A stretch of DNA of 64,000 nucleotides, taken from assembly GCA_000320545.1 (NCBI GenBank), contig ADNK01000614.1, positions 186,001 to 250,000 on the forward strand, given 5' to 3'. Under the pieces are notes generated by a model. It saw only the letters and a program-made list of their open reading frames with translations. It was not told the origin of the DNA and ran no database searches. Numbering within the stretch: position 1 is the first letter of the stretch; every line of letters starts with the position of its first letter. The position numbers and the translations under genes are program-made. This document shows positions 34,822-48,913 of the stretch, piece by piece. This stretch comes from Bigelowiella natans CCMP2755. Taxonomy: Eukaryota; Protista; Cercozoa.

Positions 34822-36116
34822 TGTCTTCGCCGAGCTTAGTTCACAGGTCGAACGTGAACAAGTTCAAGAGTCGCGGCACGGCAGTGCCTTTCCTTGATTA
34901 CTTTATGAAAATTGGGCTCGATGAACCTCTTAGACGTGCTGTGACCCCTAGGGTTCGCTATGGGGGCGAAACATTGCCACTGACCCGCTACACAGGGGAC
35001 CACAGCACAGCGCCACCATTGTTGCTTTGTACATTCGACGGCGAAACGGTAGATAGAGATATTGAAACTGTATTTTATTCAACGACTTGTGATATTTACT
35101 CTATGTTAGTATAAATCGACGTCAATTTACGTTCGGCAGGCCTCTCATTGTGCTTTAAAATCCATTTTTAGAACAATCTTTTAAAAAATCACATAAAATA
35201 ATACACGTGCGACATGCACGCTGGGCGTAATGAAAGCCAATTTCTGCCACTTTTTGTGAGTTTCCGCAATGACACTAGATAAATCTTAACTGAAGTATGA
35301 AATTAGGAATCGTTTTTGCAGAAACTGATGGCCAGAAAGGTGGCCGTTTCGTTTTTCTAGTCTTTACTGAAAGGGTTGCCGAGCTTTTTATGCCTACGAC
35401 ATCACTTGCTTTAATCTTAGACCGACATTTGGAACTGATATCTTTTCTTCTGCAATATCCCTGCCATTTATTGGATAAAACTGAACCCATACAAAAATAT
35501 CTCAGATATGCCCTTATAGTTTTACCCGCAAAAATAAGATGATGCTCCTGGTTAAGCATAATCTCGGGGATCCGAGTTGCAGAAATTTATTATTTAGTAT
35601 GATAAGACAACAAAATGTGCTAGTCGCAATGTACGAATATATCGCTTTCCTTCCCATTCGCTGACTGCAAGTTACCGAACGTCAAAAATGCAAACATATT
35701 AAGACAAGCTCTGTTCGCTTAGGAATCTGTTTCGGGTAAAAGTGAGGGAATTTATTATGGATCCTGCCTGCCTAAATGAGTAATTAGAAATCAAAGGAAT
35801 GTAATCAATTATTACTGTGTAGTTACAAACATCTGAAACCCCACCTCGAAGGACGAGGCCCCAATTCATCCCCAGATCTATTTTGTGTGTAAAACCTTAC
35901 GCTGGCTGCGCATATTAAGGTAAACAGGAATGTAGAATAGGAGGAGGTGCGTTTTAGAGTGGGCTCGCTGGGTTCGAGGGTCGATGCTGGGAAGAAAATT
36001 ATGAATGCCTATCTTTCGAAAACTACGGCATATGCCAGCGAAGAAATGGGATCCTGTGTGCATTCAACGTGATTACGCTTTTCATTGTACCTGTAGCCTC
36101 AAGAGCAGAAAAAGCC

Positions 36117-37908
36117 ATGCCAGGAGACGCTATCAAGGTCCGTGTATTTGGAGTGCTCTCTGAGGCAATAACTATTTCGTGACTAATACAGAGATATTCC
36201 CACAGGTCGCAGTTCGCGTACGGCCGTTCAACAAGCGTGAGAAGAAGAGAAATGCCCACCTCGCTATTACCATGGATGCTGAAAGCGGTATGGTCCATGC
36301 GAAGGGGAAAGTTCCCGGAGGTAAATGAAACCTTTGTACAATTTAATGGTGATGAGAAATGACGATAAACGAGCCTCGTCTTGTTGAAAAATTCTTCGGT
36401 ATGCATGTGAGATTCATTTTCTGACCACAGGTGATGCATATGACAAGAAATATCACTTTGATAACGCATTCTGGTAAGTGAAATGATTTTGTAAACTTCA
36501 TATAAACACGTGGCTGTCGCCAGTCTGCCCTATTTCTCCTAGTGTACTCACTTCTCATTGAACACTCTTAGGTCGCACGATGGGTTCGGCACTCCCAAGT
36601 TTGTTACTCAGACAAATCTCTTCACGGTTCAAAAGATTTCAAAATAATCGCCCTTCATACAAGCTTTTCTCCGCGATGACTCTTGTTCGCGTCGAGATAC
36701 TTCGTTGCTAATCGTTGAACACTTTAGCATGCCAGCCTTTCGTACGTCTTCTGCTGTCTTCAAGCTTTTTTACTCGGATATAGTTTTGTCGCCAACTTCC
36801 ACATTTACTCTGATAGACGATCGGTGAGAGTCTTTTGAAAGACGCATGGGAAGGGTACAACGTATGCCTCTTTGCATACGGACAGGTTCTGCTTATTTCT
36901 ACGCGATAATATTATCTCATCATCTGTATATTCCTATCCTCTAATTCAAAGTGTGATTTCATGACAATTCTATTATTCTCCTCGTAGAGTGGGGCAGGGA
37001 AAAGTTTCTCAATGACTGGTGCGAAAGGGATGGAGGATGGTGATGGTATTGTCCCCCGGATCTGTGATGGCCTGCTCAGAAAGGTGCGTGTAGTTCACAA
37101 ATTTAATCAAACGCAGATTCATTAAATAATACCAATGAAAGCACACACATACACACACACACTTTTATTTCGGCTCCGCAGTTTGCTGTTGCGTTGCATG
37201 CCATTTTAAAATTATGGGCCCCGTTAAGAATTTGCAGGACCATCAAAATGACCGAAACTTCCTGTTCTCTTTTCCCCTTCAGATCGCGGCTGAGCCGAAA
37301 AAAGAAGGCTTTGAAATAAAACTGGAGGTATAAACCGAGTAATAGTGTAACAGAACAATGGCAACACGCAAAAAAATGAGTAGTCAGCACAAATAGAGAA
37401 ATTGAATGAAGTTCATATCCCATATGTGCTGATTATAATCTTTTCGAACCCATTAACCAGGTGTCTATGCTTGAGATTTATATTGACGATTTGGTGGACT
37501 TACTCGTGGCAAAGGACAAACAACCAAAGGGTGGAATCAAGACCTACTATCGTGAGGTGAAGCGGGGCGTGAAAGTCACAGAAATTATTCCCTTAACAAG
37601 GTGCAGATATGAGGCGAGGCGACGATACGCACCAGCAATCTCAATTTCATTTCAATTTCGCCTCCTCATTTCATGCTTCCTCGCTCTTTCCTCATTCCGT
37701 TGAGACAAAACATGGTTCGAATATCCAATGCTTCTTGTAGGGTGCAGGTCAAGTCCGTCGAGGAGATGGAGCACTTCCTTGCGATAGGGCAAGGCAACCA
37801 AACGATTGGTGAAACCGGCCTCAATGCCGTCAGTAGCCGCGCGCACACCATTTTCGAGCTTCGTATTACCAAGACCGTCATCGATAAAAAAGTACGTCCC
37901 ACTGCGAA

Positions 37909-37942
<34 letters not shown>

Positions 37943-40900
37943 ATTGTACACGTGAACGATGTATTAAATTCCCCTTTTGATTTTCTGATTGACTTTAAAA
38001 ATTAGGCCGGGAAGAAGGAGACATGTTACAACACTGTCCGGCTTGTGGACTTGGCTGGTTCTGAGCGACTTGAGAAGACCCGTGAGTCAAAGGCTTTCAA
38101 CAAACAACGTGAGATCGAGGGTAAAGCTATTAACAACTCGCTCACTCACCTGGGAAAGGTCGTTCGGCGCATCGCCGAGCTTTCGTCCAAAAAGAATCTC
38201 TCCAAGGCTAAATTCAAAAAAGGCATGGCAGCTATTTCCTGGCGTTCCAGCAAGCTTACTACGCTGCTCCGCGACTCGCTCGGAGGTAACTGCAAAACTG
38301 TGATGATTGCCGCCATCTCTCCAGCCATGACCGAGCTAGCGGAGACATGCTCAACCCTCCGCTACGCCAACGACATCAAGCAGATCAGTTGTAAGGCTGT
38401 CAAGGCCGTGAGCAAGACTGAACAGCTCCAGAAGGAGCTTAAAAGCGCCAAAGATGAGATCGCCAAGCTCCGTGCTGCGCTGGCAAAGGGCGGAGGCAGT
38501 ATTGATGACGGCGACGACGAAAAAATGGAGGAAATGAAGGCGCAGCTGGAAGAAATGAAGGCAAAAATGGCTCGCGAGTCAAACAAAGTGTCTCCTGAGG
38601 CGATACTGCAGGCCCAAATAAAGGCACGGAAAGAGGCTGATGCCAAGCGCAAAAACATGCCGCATCTTGAATTCCTCCACCCTGACCCCAATTTCTCGCG
38701 TTCAACGTGCTCTTTCATCGACAAGGACACCGTAAATGCCGGCAAGGATGATGATTGCGGTGTTAAGCTCACAGGACTGGGAGTTCTCGCTCAGCACGCC
38801 GTTTTCACCAAGAGTGGGTCTGAAGTGGCGGTAAAGGCACTATCTGGAAAGGAGCTGACGATCGTCAACGGAAACAAGCTCAAGGGAGGACAATCTGTTA
38901 CCCTTAAGCCATTTGACCGCGTCGTGATGGGAAAGAAGAACCTATTTCTGTTCCGAAACCCGGAAGCAGAGAAGTCAAGTTTATCAGCGGAGCAGGTTAG
39001 CGGAAGAGAGTTCAGCGTTCGTATTTGGTGCTTTTGCAGTGCATAACACCGTATACTGTGACAGAAGAAGCAAACCACGCACACACGTACACAAAGGGGG
39101 GGAGAGGAAGTAGTAGATCGTGGTGAGGAAAATTGCTTCTATTCACAAACGCGCCCGTGCGCGTGCACCACACGCATACACACACGCGCACATACATGCC
39201 CAATTAGATCGAGAAGTTGATCGACGAGCACGATTTCGACTCTGTCAAGGATGAAATGTTCAAGGACGAGCTCGAGGCGCAAATGAAAGCAAAGCGTGAG
39301 GCAGAGGCACGCGCCAAGGCTGAGTTCGAGCGGAAGATCCGTGAGCGTGAAGAGAAGATGAAAGCGGAGAGGGAGAAGGCTGACGCCGAGCGCCTCAAGA
39401 TGGAGGAGGAAATGAAGAAGATGCAGGCCATGGCAGGTGCTGAAAAGGCAGCCGCCGCAGAGCGTATGAAGCAGCTCGAGGCCGCCCAGAAGCGCATGAA
39501 AGCGGAGATGAAACGTAAAGAGGAGGAACATAAACAGGCCGTTATCGATGAGAAGCGTAAGGAAGAGAACCAAGCCCGCCAGCGTGAGATCGTGCGGCTG
39601 AGTATATCGAGACTTGTCCCTCTCGTCGCAGAGGCAAACGACATAGCTAACGAGTTTAAGATCGCTGTGCAGTACGCGCTGCAAGCGATCAACTTCCCAG
39701 ACATGCACGGCGACATCATCTCCAAGGTGTTCGTACAAGTCATCAACAGGCTCACCGGCAAGACGCGCAAGTATGTGATCTCGGAGGAGACCTTCAACGA
39801 GGAGATGTTTGAGATTCGCGACCTCTTTTCCAAGTTCACCGAGAAACCGGACGAGTTCGAAATGCCAGCCAACAATCCCTGGATTGAGGGTATGTACAAG
39901 CCGCACTACCTCGGGGAGGCTCGCCCTTGGATCATGCAGATTGAGTACGGGTTCGACGTCCCCGACGAGGAGGACCCACCCTTCGTGAAGATCATTGGCT
40001 GGAAGAACGACAACGATGTCATCGGGAAGCTTTTCTTCAAAATGCATCCTATCGTCCCAGACGAGGTAGTGATCAAACGGACTTCAGGAGGGGATTAGGG
40101 AGAGATAGAGAGTGGAGTGTGGTCCTTAGAGAACATAAAATATTATAGTCCTCCCCCCCCCCCCCTTTCTGAGACGCAACCCGCTTATGTCCTCTTTCTC
40201 TCTTTCGCCACCCCTCCCAACCTCTGTAACTCAGATAATGGATAAAATGGCTATGATCGAGCCAGATGATGATTCACCCGAGGATTTGTCCTTGGCCAAC
40301 GTGGATATAGATAAGCTGGATGTGGAGATGTCGATAGACAAGATAGAGCACATGCCGCCTGAATCGTGCTCCAACGTGTTCGTCACCTTCGCTATTCCGC
40401 CAAATATTAATGTAGCGGTGCTCAATAAGGATGTTGCGGAGGATGACCTGGACGGCGTCTTTGAGTCCAAAATCTGCAATCCTGACGTGAGTGTAGCAGA
40501 TATAGTAGTAGTAGTAGTAGTAGTAGTAGTTGGAGGATAGCAATACATAATCTTATGATGATCTTCCTCCCATTGCTTCTTCCTCTACCGCTCTTGTTTT
40601 CAGATAAGCAAGCCAGTGTCCAAAGTGTCGATCGGATTCAATGAAACACTGCGCTTCCAAAACGTAGACAAGGAATTCTTCCGGTGGCTCAAGAGCCAGC
40701 CTTTCGGGATCAAAGTGTACGGCGCCTGCCCCAAGGTATCAGGGGAGATCAAAGTTGGCAGAATCCTTGGTCGTAAGAAGAAGGAAGTAAAACAGCCCCA
40801 GGAAAATAAAGTATCTGCACGTGCTCCTGCAAACGTAGGGGGTGCAGGCGGTGGAGATTACGAGGCAAAGATAAAGGAGGCGATGGAGCGTGCGGCTGAA

Positions 40901-41314
40901 CACGAGCGTAATATCAAGGCCAAGGAAATGGAGGTCGCGAAGCTTCAACAAGAGGTGTGGGACATTATATGAAGAAATGAAGACGATAGACCTAACCTTT
41001 GTACCATCTTCACCACTGATCGCGAAAAAATGCTACGATTATGAGCAACTTACACAACTGTAACGACATGTCGTCACCATAATGATTCTTGCCCAAATTC
41101 TTAGGTCGAGAAACTCAGAAGCTCGCCGGGAGGTGAATCAGGTGGGGAAATCTCAGAATATAAGAAAGAACTTGCTGAAGTGAAAGAGAAGAACAAGAAA
41201 CTCGAAGACGAGCTTGCTGCAAAAGACAAAGAGCTCGCGAAAAAAATGGAGGAACTCGAGAAGGCTCGCGCAGCTGCCAACGAAAAATCGAAAGCTGGTT
41301 GTAGTCTAATTTGA
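36117..41314 (+). CDS. Kinesin-3 (KIF28/KLP-6-like): motor, FHA, coiled coil, C-terminal CaaX
   Basis: MPGDAIK/VAVRVRPFNKRE; FTFDNAFW/SHDGF; GYNVCLFAYGQ/SGAGKSFSM; NAVSSRAHTIF; DLAGSER; SKLTTLLRDSLGGNCKTVMIAAISP; FHA segment (LTGLGVLAQHAVF...IVNG...DRVVMG). Ends KSKAGCSLI*. Confidence 0.92.
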
Positions 41315-42117
41315 GATCATGAGGATACAAGTTTTGGAATCACTTTTGTCCGCGGAATGTTGCCGTCAAACATGCATGCCCGATCGTACATCCCACTCAC
41401 TCAGAAGTTTATTCGTTCAGCATGTTTTATCTTAATTCACTGCATCTGTGAGTGACTAAGCTTTCAAAAAATCCACAATAGCTTCATCCACCATGCAATA
41501 TATTTGAAACAAATGGAGCACAAAATCATCAAAGCGGGCAATAGCTGCAAAGAAAAGCCCGCCAGCATTCATCAGTATAGCGCGCCGATCGCGCATCGCA
41601 GTACCCTGTCCGCTTATGGCGGTACGTGTGACACCATTAATCGGCATAAAATTGTGTCTCTTGGTTGGACACGCTGGCAGCATCGGCAATGAATAATAAT
41701 CCACAGTGCATATTCGTGCCTGTCTGCATTTAAGCCGGTTACATCTTACTCGATCGGCCTGCGCAGTACGCTGCCATGCACACAGGATGCTGAAGAAGAC
41801 GCTTGGGATGCCTGGGTCTATGTCCAATAATGACACTCCTCACGTCCTCTCATGGGGAAAATAAAAGTCAAAAATTACTTAAGTGACAAATACTCGTATA
41901 ATGAATTTCGAAAGAATTTTTGACTCGTTGAAATGAAATTCCTTATGAAGTCTCACAATATTTTGGCTCATCATGAAAGACTGTAATATTTGAAAGACGC
42001 ACATCAAAATTAGGCAGTATACATTATACAGCGCTTACAGCTAGACAAATGCGACACATTGCATTCACATGTATTCATGCTTGATGTACATCGTAGCAGA
42101 AACAACAAACCAGTATA

Positions 42118-42221
42118 ATTTAAGCGCTGTAGCCGCGGCTTTGCACTTTGCACAACTAAATTAGGATGACATGCAATTGGACAAATTTAACTTATACTTA
42201 TTCATTACATCCGTCTCATAC
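42118..42221 (-). repeat. Dispersed post-stop repeat, copy D
   Basis: The reverse complement reads GTATGAGACGGATGTAATGAATAAG...GTCATCCTAATTTAGTTGTGCAAAG...GCGGCTACAGCGCTTAAA, close to copy A. Confidence 0.8.
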
Positions 42222-42298
42222 AGGATGTGCCTGCTTGCGCGCATGCATACTATGTGCATTACGATGCTACGAAAATTTCCCCCCTCATACTAATAACA

Positions 42299-43486
42299 TT
42301 AATTAGCGAATGCAACGAAGTCCATCACCATGAAATCCTCCACGTTCGGCACTAATTGTTTCACATACTTTTCATGTGCATTGTGCACCAGATATGCGTC
42401 CCTATCTGTGGCAGTGTCGAAAGTGGTAATGAACACGTACTCGAACCCTCCTCTCGTTTCTGCCTCGATGTCGCTCCCAGGGCCGTTGGTGTTGAAACCG
42501 TTAGCGAATGGACCCCATTCGAACCCTTTCATTTGATCTATATGATTCGGAAGATCTATATATCCGGCAATCAGATCCCCCACCGGCGACTCGGTCTTGA
42601 ATTTGATAAAAACAACATGCTTTAGGCTACCAGCACCATTTCTCTTCGCAAGCTTCACCAGATTAGGGTGAAAATCGAACACGATGCTCGGAATAGCTGA
42701 TAAATCTGATACAACTTGACTGTCTTCCATTGTCTCACGCATTTGGATCACGCTTTCGAAGTCTGTAACCATGGCGTGCGTCTTTTCCTTGGCTAATTTC
42801 TTCTCGACAGCAGCATTTGCACAGGAGCCGAAAAGGGAGGTGGCTCGCCCACCAGCCCTGCTCTCAAGAATCTTGGCATGATTTAGCAATATCTGTACTG
42901 CACCTGACTGCTTTTCCTCCTGAAACTCGTAGAGCTGCACACGACGAACTCTCTCGCTATCATACCGCTGAGCGGAGCGCCCATCTCCTAGACCGGTCTC
43001 ACACGGTTTCGTTTCGAATATAATCTCACGGTAGGTAGTGTTTCCGACGTTCTTGACGCCATGAGTAGAATCGAATGCTGGGATTGCTCCTGAAGTATCA
43101 TGCATGAGTTCCCCTTTACGCACGAACGCCATTGTTGCTCCCGTAGGCGCATCAAACTGGAACAGCTCCTCCCCAGTCTCGGCGGAGGTCGCGGCTAATC
43201 GGGACCCCTCAATTACCGTGAAGCGGTAATCATACATATGTTCGTGGGGGGGAAGACGCTCACCCGCAGGGAGCACGAAGTCCCATACCACACTTGAATC
43301 GTCCTCATAAAGCTTCTTCGTTCCCACTGTAGGTGGGCATTTGGGCACACGTACTTCACTCTCACAAGCCTCTTCTGCAGAACAGGTGTCGAACTCATCA
43401 TCAGCGTAGATGACTGGGGCCGTTATGAGGAAGAGAACAAGGAGAGGGGACAGCACGGTGGTGACGACGCTGTGTCGGCACATCAT
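42299..43486 (-). CDS. Intronless secreted protein: cupin domain plus Dabb (stress-responsive A/B barrel) domain
   Basis: Signal peptide (VLSPLLVLFLITAPVIYA). Cupin: VGTKKLYEDD..VWDFVLPAGE..PHEH..DY...H.VKNVG...YREI. Dabb: LKHVVFIKFK...FEWG...GFEYVFITTF...RDAYLVHNAH. Confidence 0.82.
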   Translation of the reverse strand: MMCRHSVVTTVLSPLLVLFLITAPVIYADDEFDTCSAEEACESEVRVPKCPPTVGTKKLYEDDSSVVWDFVLPAGERLPPHEHMYDYRFTVIEGSRLAATSAETGEELFQFDAPTGATMAFVRKGELMHDTSGAIPAFDSTHGVKNVGNTTYREIIFETKPCETGLGDGRSAQRYDSERVRRVQLYEFQEEKQSGAVQILLNHAKILESRAGGRATSLFGSCANAAVEKKLAKEKTHAMVTDFESVIQMRETMEDSQVVSDLSAIPSIVFDFHPNLVKLAKRNGAGSLKHVVFIKFKTESPVGDLIAGYIDLPNHIDQMKGFEWGPFANGFNTNGPGSDIEAETRGGFEYVFITTFDTATDRDAYLVHNAHEKYVKQLVPNVEDFMVMDFVAFAN

Positions 43487-44059
43487 CTCGCGTGCGATGA
43501 TTACGAAAACTCAGAATTAAATCTATCTAAAAAATTCTTTGACGCAAGTTAAAAATTAGTCCTATATTTAACTACGACATAATATTATAGCTGTCGCATA
43601 ATAAATCTGTGCATCTTTCCTTACCAATCTTGCATAATTTCGAACCGAAATATCCGAAGAGTTTCCTCGAGTATCGGTCCAAGCAGACGTTGTACATGAC
43701 GCAACAATAACAACAATCGTACTTCTCATCTTTACTGTCATGCCAATCACCCGTAAATATCCCTTTTTTGGTTAATTTTAAATTATTCGAAATTTAGATT
43801 ATTATTACCAGAAAACGTCTTAATATTCTTTCCTACTTTTTGGTTGTAGAACAGGACACTCTTCCATTCCTTCTCCTGAGGCCCCGAGTTACCCACGCGC
43901 ATCCAATGCGATCGAGGGTAGATAGCCCCCCGCCCATGTCCCCTACTGTCTCCTTTTGAATCATCAACGCATTCTTGTATATGGTGCTCATGTGCCAAAT
44001 CGAGGCAGGTTCCATGTGTCTTGATTCGCAATAACGACGAAAAATATGTGTTCATACGC

Positions 44060-45659
44060 ATGTGTATATATCCGAATCGTCGCCTCCTTCCTCTTGCTGA
44101 TGCTGATTGTGCTGCATGTTACGTTGTGAAGAGACTAAATAGGCGATCGTTTGGAGTAGCGTTGTCATTAGTACTCTGTGTCGTCTTTGGCTACTTTCCA
44201 TCCCACCTTGCTCCAAAGCTGGGGCGGTCCGGAGTTGTTCGGTTTTCCAACAGCATCACGGAAAAGATATCTCCAGCACTTCCATGTGGTTTTGTCAACA
44301 TAGCAGCTAGCCAGAAGTTGTCTCCGATTATAGGCATGGTGAGACGACTGATTTACATCCGTGTGGACGCGTGGTTAAATCATCTGCGTGCGTTTGGTGT
44401 TGCTGAACCTCGCTTTCAAAATTAGATGCCTGGGCCTTGGAGGCCTTCGGAACCTGAGCGGCGTGAGACGGTGCTGCTGCTGCTATATAATACCAATGTG
44501 GAGATTATGATGCATCATTTGGCCGTACCCTCTCAATTTTTTTTTCACTTGCTCTTTTTCATAATGACATTTTTGGTGTTGAATCCTCCTATCACCTGTC
44601 AATCTAATCGGTAGTTATCATCACTGGTCCTTCTGACCACCTTCTCCCCATTGCACCTTAGGAATTTCCTCAGTTCATTCCCCAACCGCGTGAGCCGCGG
44701 AAGCGTCCTTCAGAGTGGGATTTTCCTGGTAAGACACCCGACGAAGTTCCGACACCGCAGAGGAAAGAGGTAGCGTTGATGGTGAGGACCGACGGCAACA
44801 ATGATGATGACGACAATGCAAAATGATGACGACGATAAAGCAAGGCATGAAAGCAAAAAAGAAGCCCTTTCGTTGCAAGATCAGGCAAATGATCTGCACA
44901 TGTATGGGTGTACTGCAGGAACCGATGTTCCCATGGATTGAACCGCCTGAGAAGGAAAGACGCCGGAAAAAGGATCAGGATCCATTCAATCCCACCCCTG
45001 ACGAAGAAGAAAAAGAAGATGAAAAAAAGGAGGGAGATGAGGAGCAGAAGGTTGTGCAACATCGTGCCCATGATGAATGACCGAAGTTTGAAGATTTACG
45101 TACATTGGGAGTAAACACACACGGAGCATACAAACAATATAGGACGACGGAAATGACGATAGTAAGAAGCGAAAGAAGAACAGACCTGTTCCGCTAGCGG
45201 TAATCAGCACCAACCTAATGTTGACGGGCCGTATGAACTTCATAAATTGCATAATCTACCATACAAAGAAAATACTACGCCATTACATTATCCCCCCTCT
45301 TCATAAAATCTATACTGTGGCTATAGGATCCATTTGGTGATGAGGATGAAGACGAAGATAGAGCGGGCGGCATACCTGGATTCCCATTACCTGAAATGGT
45401 GATAAGCAGTCATTTATTTCTTGTTGCCACTCCTTTGTGCTGTCCACGCTCTTTTACAGAAATCTGAAGTACATTGTAGTTAATAATGTTTTCACTATGT
45501 ATTTAGCCTGAGGAAGAGGAAGAACGAAAGGACGATGACTCTGGGCCCTCACCGTCAACCGAGACTGGGGGCGATGGTCCTTCGTTATTTCCCACACCAG
45601 ATACCAAAAAGCGTTCTGATAGACCTAAACCTGGAGGCAATCCCTTATTTCCAATGTAA
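44060..45659 (+). CDS. Hypothetical Pro/acidic low-complexity protein with a hydrophobic N-terminal targeting-like segment; multi-exon, start uncertain
   Basis: AG/GT-bounded segments read MPGPWRPSEPE, EFPQFIPQPREPRKRPSEWDFPG, EPMFPWIEPPEKE, DPFGDEDEDEDRAGGIPGFPLPEM and ...PKPGGNPLFPM*. The upstream frame has FGVALSLVLCVVFGYF. Confidence 0.5.
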
Positions 45660-45842
45660 TATATGTAATCATAACGAGTGGCAATAATGAGAGGCAGGGG
45701 AGATATACTGCTGCGCACTTCCTCAGCATGTACGTGTAGAAACATGTACAATAACATGTGCGCTTATGGGGTTTAGCAGCTAGTCTAGGAGTGTACATGT
45801 GCTACGTAGACACATTATCATGCTTATGGCCATATGTGATAT

Positions 45843-45890
<48 letters not shown>

Positions 45891-46222
45891 TGTGTGTGTA
45901 TGTGTGATGATTATTGTATGTGCGTATAGAGTCGCATCGTCGAGAGATCAGGCGCATCTAGCAGTACAAACGTAGCGCCTTACTAGCTTATGTGCTTATT
46001 GCAAAAATGGCAGCGGCTAGTTGCATGTATAAACACTTACAGCCAGTGTACACTTCTAGACTTGTATGCTGGGCCAACCGCGACATATTGATCCAACTGC
46101 CTCAATTAACAGCTTCGATGCATACACTAGCAATATCGATATTGGCCATTAAATTCAACAGCATATATTTCCATGCCAGAAACTGCCATCAGTGTTGTAA
46201 AACTAAATTCTTCATCATGCGT

Positions 46223-47259
46223 TCATTTCTTCGCCTGATACTTATCCATGAGCTTCGTGGGCCGTAAGATGTTGGACTAATGTGCAAAAGAAAAAAGAAC
46301 AAATAAAAGGTAATATCAACACCAATTTCCTGTGTAGCAACAATAATCTGCCTACTCACCTTATTAGTTTCAATTATATGACCGTTGCATATCATTTCAT
46401 CAAGGATGAAATGAGCCTTTTCAAGGTTGAACATGATATCTAACTCGCACTGCAAAGAAATATAGATAGATGACTCATAAGTGGCAAAACAAATTACATT
46501 CTGCCGAAAGAATTGAGGCCATGCCATGAGCAGCATCATCGTCTACACATTCAGCGGAATAATTTACGTACCACATTCTCAAAGTATTTATCCAGGGTTT
46601 CAACGAGGTTGTGAATTAGCTCCAGAACGCCGAGCTCATTCTAGCAACGGAAGAAAATCAGTAAACAAAAAAAAAGGAAACATGGAGTTATATCTCTTCT
46701 TGATAATGCAATTTTGTAAATTTTGAATAAGTTGCCTCAGGAGTTATCTTGTTCATCTCTCATCCTCCCTACTTTCTGTTGCGGTGGATGTTCGTATTGC
46801 TTACCGTCTGTCCGTCTACGCCAACAATGAAGAAGAGCGAAGCATACCTTCTGTACACGCACTTGTAGTCTCGATATTCAATAAAGGAGCACTGGTTCTC
46901 TGTTCGTGCAAGACACTTCCTAATGATTTCCCCCTGATGGTAATTTGGTCATAATCGCATGAGAAGCATGGAGTTGGACATTCCGCCATCATTGCCATCA
47001 TTATCAAACATTGTTTTGCACCACACCACACATTAGACCTCTATTGCAGCCTTTTCCTGGATCGTAAGATTTTTGCCATAATACTACGCACATAACGAGG
47101 TTGTAGGAATCGTTAGTAAATAATAAATAATGTGTGTAGGATTTTTCAGGTCGTATTAATTAAACCGTTAATCTGAAATCAGTTGAATAAGAAAACACAT
47201 ACCTGGGCCAGACGTGTTTGCCCCTGTTTGTTGACCATTAAGATGAAGCGAATCTTCAT
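46223..47259 (-). CDS. AP4S1: AP-4 adaptor complex sigma subunit, multi-exon
   Basis: [19 protein letters not shown]...[40 protein letters not shown]...[53 protein letters not shown]. Confidence 0.92.
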
Positions 47260-47954
47260 GTTGAACTTTAAGACCTGTTGTAAACAACAGTGATATTCCA
47301 AAATTGACGGAGTTCTTCCTTAAATCGATTACGCATCGAAAACATATCTGCACCAACTAGAGGGAGATGAGCGAAGGCACAAGGAATTCGCTATTATCAA
47401 AGCTAATCCCCCACTTATTTTTGTGCCCGTGTTTCACATTGAGGCTACTTCCAGCAGTCAACTCTATATCTCTACAAATGCTGTTCACCGTTCTTTTCTT
47501 AATCTCTTTTATATCACTCCTCCAATAAAGGACTCGTGCAATCCTTGAGATTCTTATATCTTTTCAATCCATGCTATTGCCTCTTCTCTACCACTTCCCC
47601 CCCTACCCTGACATCACCTTCGCTGCCCAAATCTTATTACTGGGGAAGATCTGCTGAATGATCTAAAATAGCCTATGGATTTATTCTGCGACATAAGCTT
47701 CATCTCCGAATGGAAATAAATGTACGGCAAACATCCCACACAACGCAGAAAATTATGACGAGCGTGGTTCCTTGAAAGTTCCATATGATGTGATTTTTTA
47801 CCATGCGACATCTTCAATGTGATGTCGTAAGATAAAATCACTGTATAATTTCTGGGATAGAAAATATTACGATGTTCCCCGTGCATATTTCTGACTTACG
47901 GCCTTTGTCAAGCCGATAATATATCCCTTTCACTGCCATCAGCCGAAGGGCAAC

Positions 47955-48869
47955 ATGGTTCCAATTCTCCTTCTCCTCTCCTCCATTCCGTATTCTACTC
48001 AATCTACCACCGGCAGCACTGTCCGTTGGTATGTAGCGAGTGGGAGAGCAAGTGATAATGTCGAGTTCGCAAAGACTAGCCCCAAAGCGCTTACGGGCTT
48101 CTACGGCTGCTGTCATGACCTACTGGTTTCCAAGAACGGTTAGACACGTTTGATTGTCCTTGCATCAGCTATTTAGAGTAAGATGTAATATGAATGGTTA
48201 ATGTTTAAAGTAGTAAACTGATAAATTTCCACGATGGACTTTTCTAGGATCGATTTCGACAGCAGACAACCTCTCGACCACCGTGAGTCTGCATCGGTGA
48301 GAACACCAAAAGTCTCTTCTCTTACACTTGATGAATAACTGCTGACATGCATGTAATCCGACGGACCGAAGATGTTAGTATTAATTTACGAGAGTCCGAG
48401 CTAACTATTCTGGCGCTGCTATGCATATGTGTTCACTAGTCATGCTCTGGATTCACTTGGCCGAGTGCTAACCTACCATTCCACATTTTCTGTGGAAGCT
48501 GAAGCTATTCTCTCTGGAGTTGCAAAATCTATAGCTCCAAATTTGGCGAAAATCGCCAAAGATTCGGTGGGGTAGTCCTCGTTCGTATCTTACTTGCATA
48601 TAGGAGCTATTATCGCTTCATGCTTTCTGTCTCTGTTGACCGCTATCTTCTAGGGTGTGGACGGTCTCTTATGCGACTACGAGCCTGATTTCAACTACAC
48701 CGTTGAGCATGCGCAGAAGTATGCGGATTTTCTGTCAGCTGGTAAATATGCTTGTGAGCGTATTTCCCCCATCATGAGTGTCACTGATCCTATTCCCCCA
48801 ATCCTCGAGACAGCATACACTACCCAGCTACATGCATTTAAAACATGTATATTAAAAATATATTACATG

Positions 48870-48913
<44 letters not shown>

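Noticed and set aside
39139-40047. 302 aa and 231 aa minus-strand ORFs (also 29902..30669)
   Set aside because: These are antisense shadows of well-supported kinesin and PhyH coding exons.
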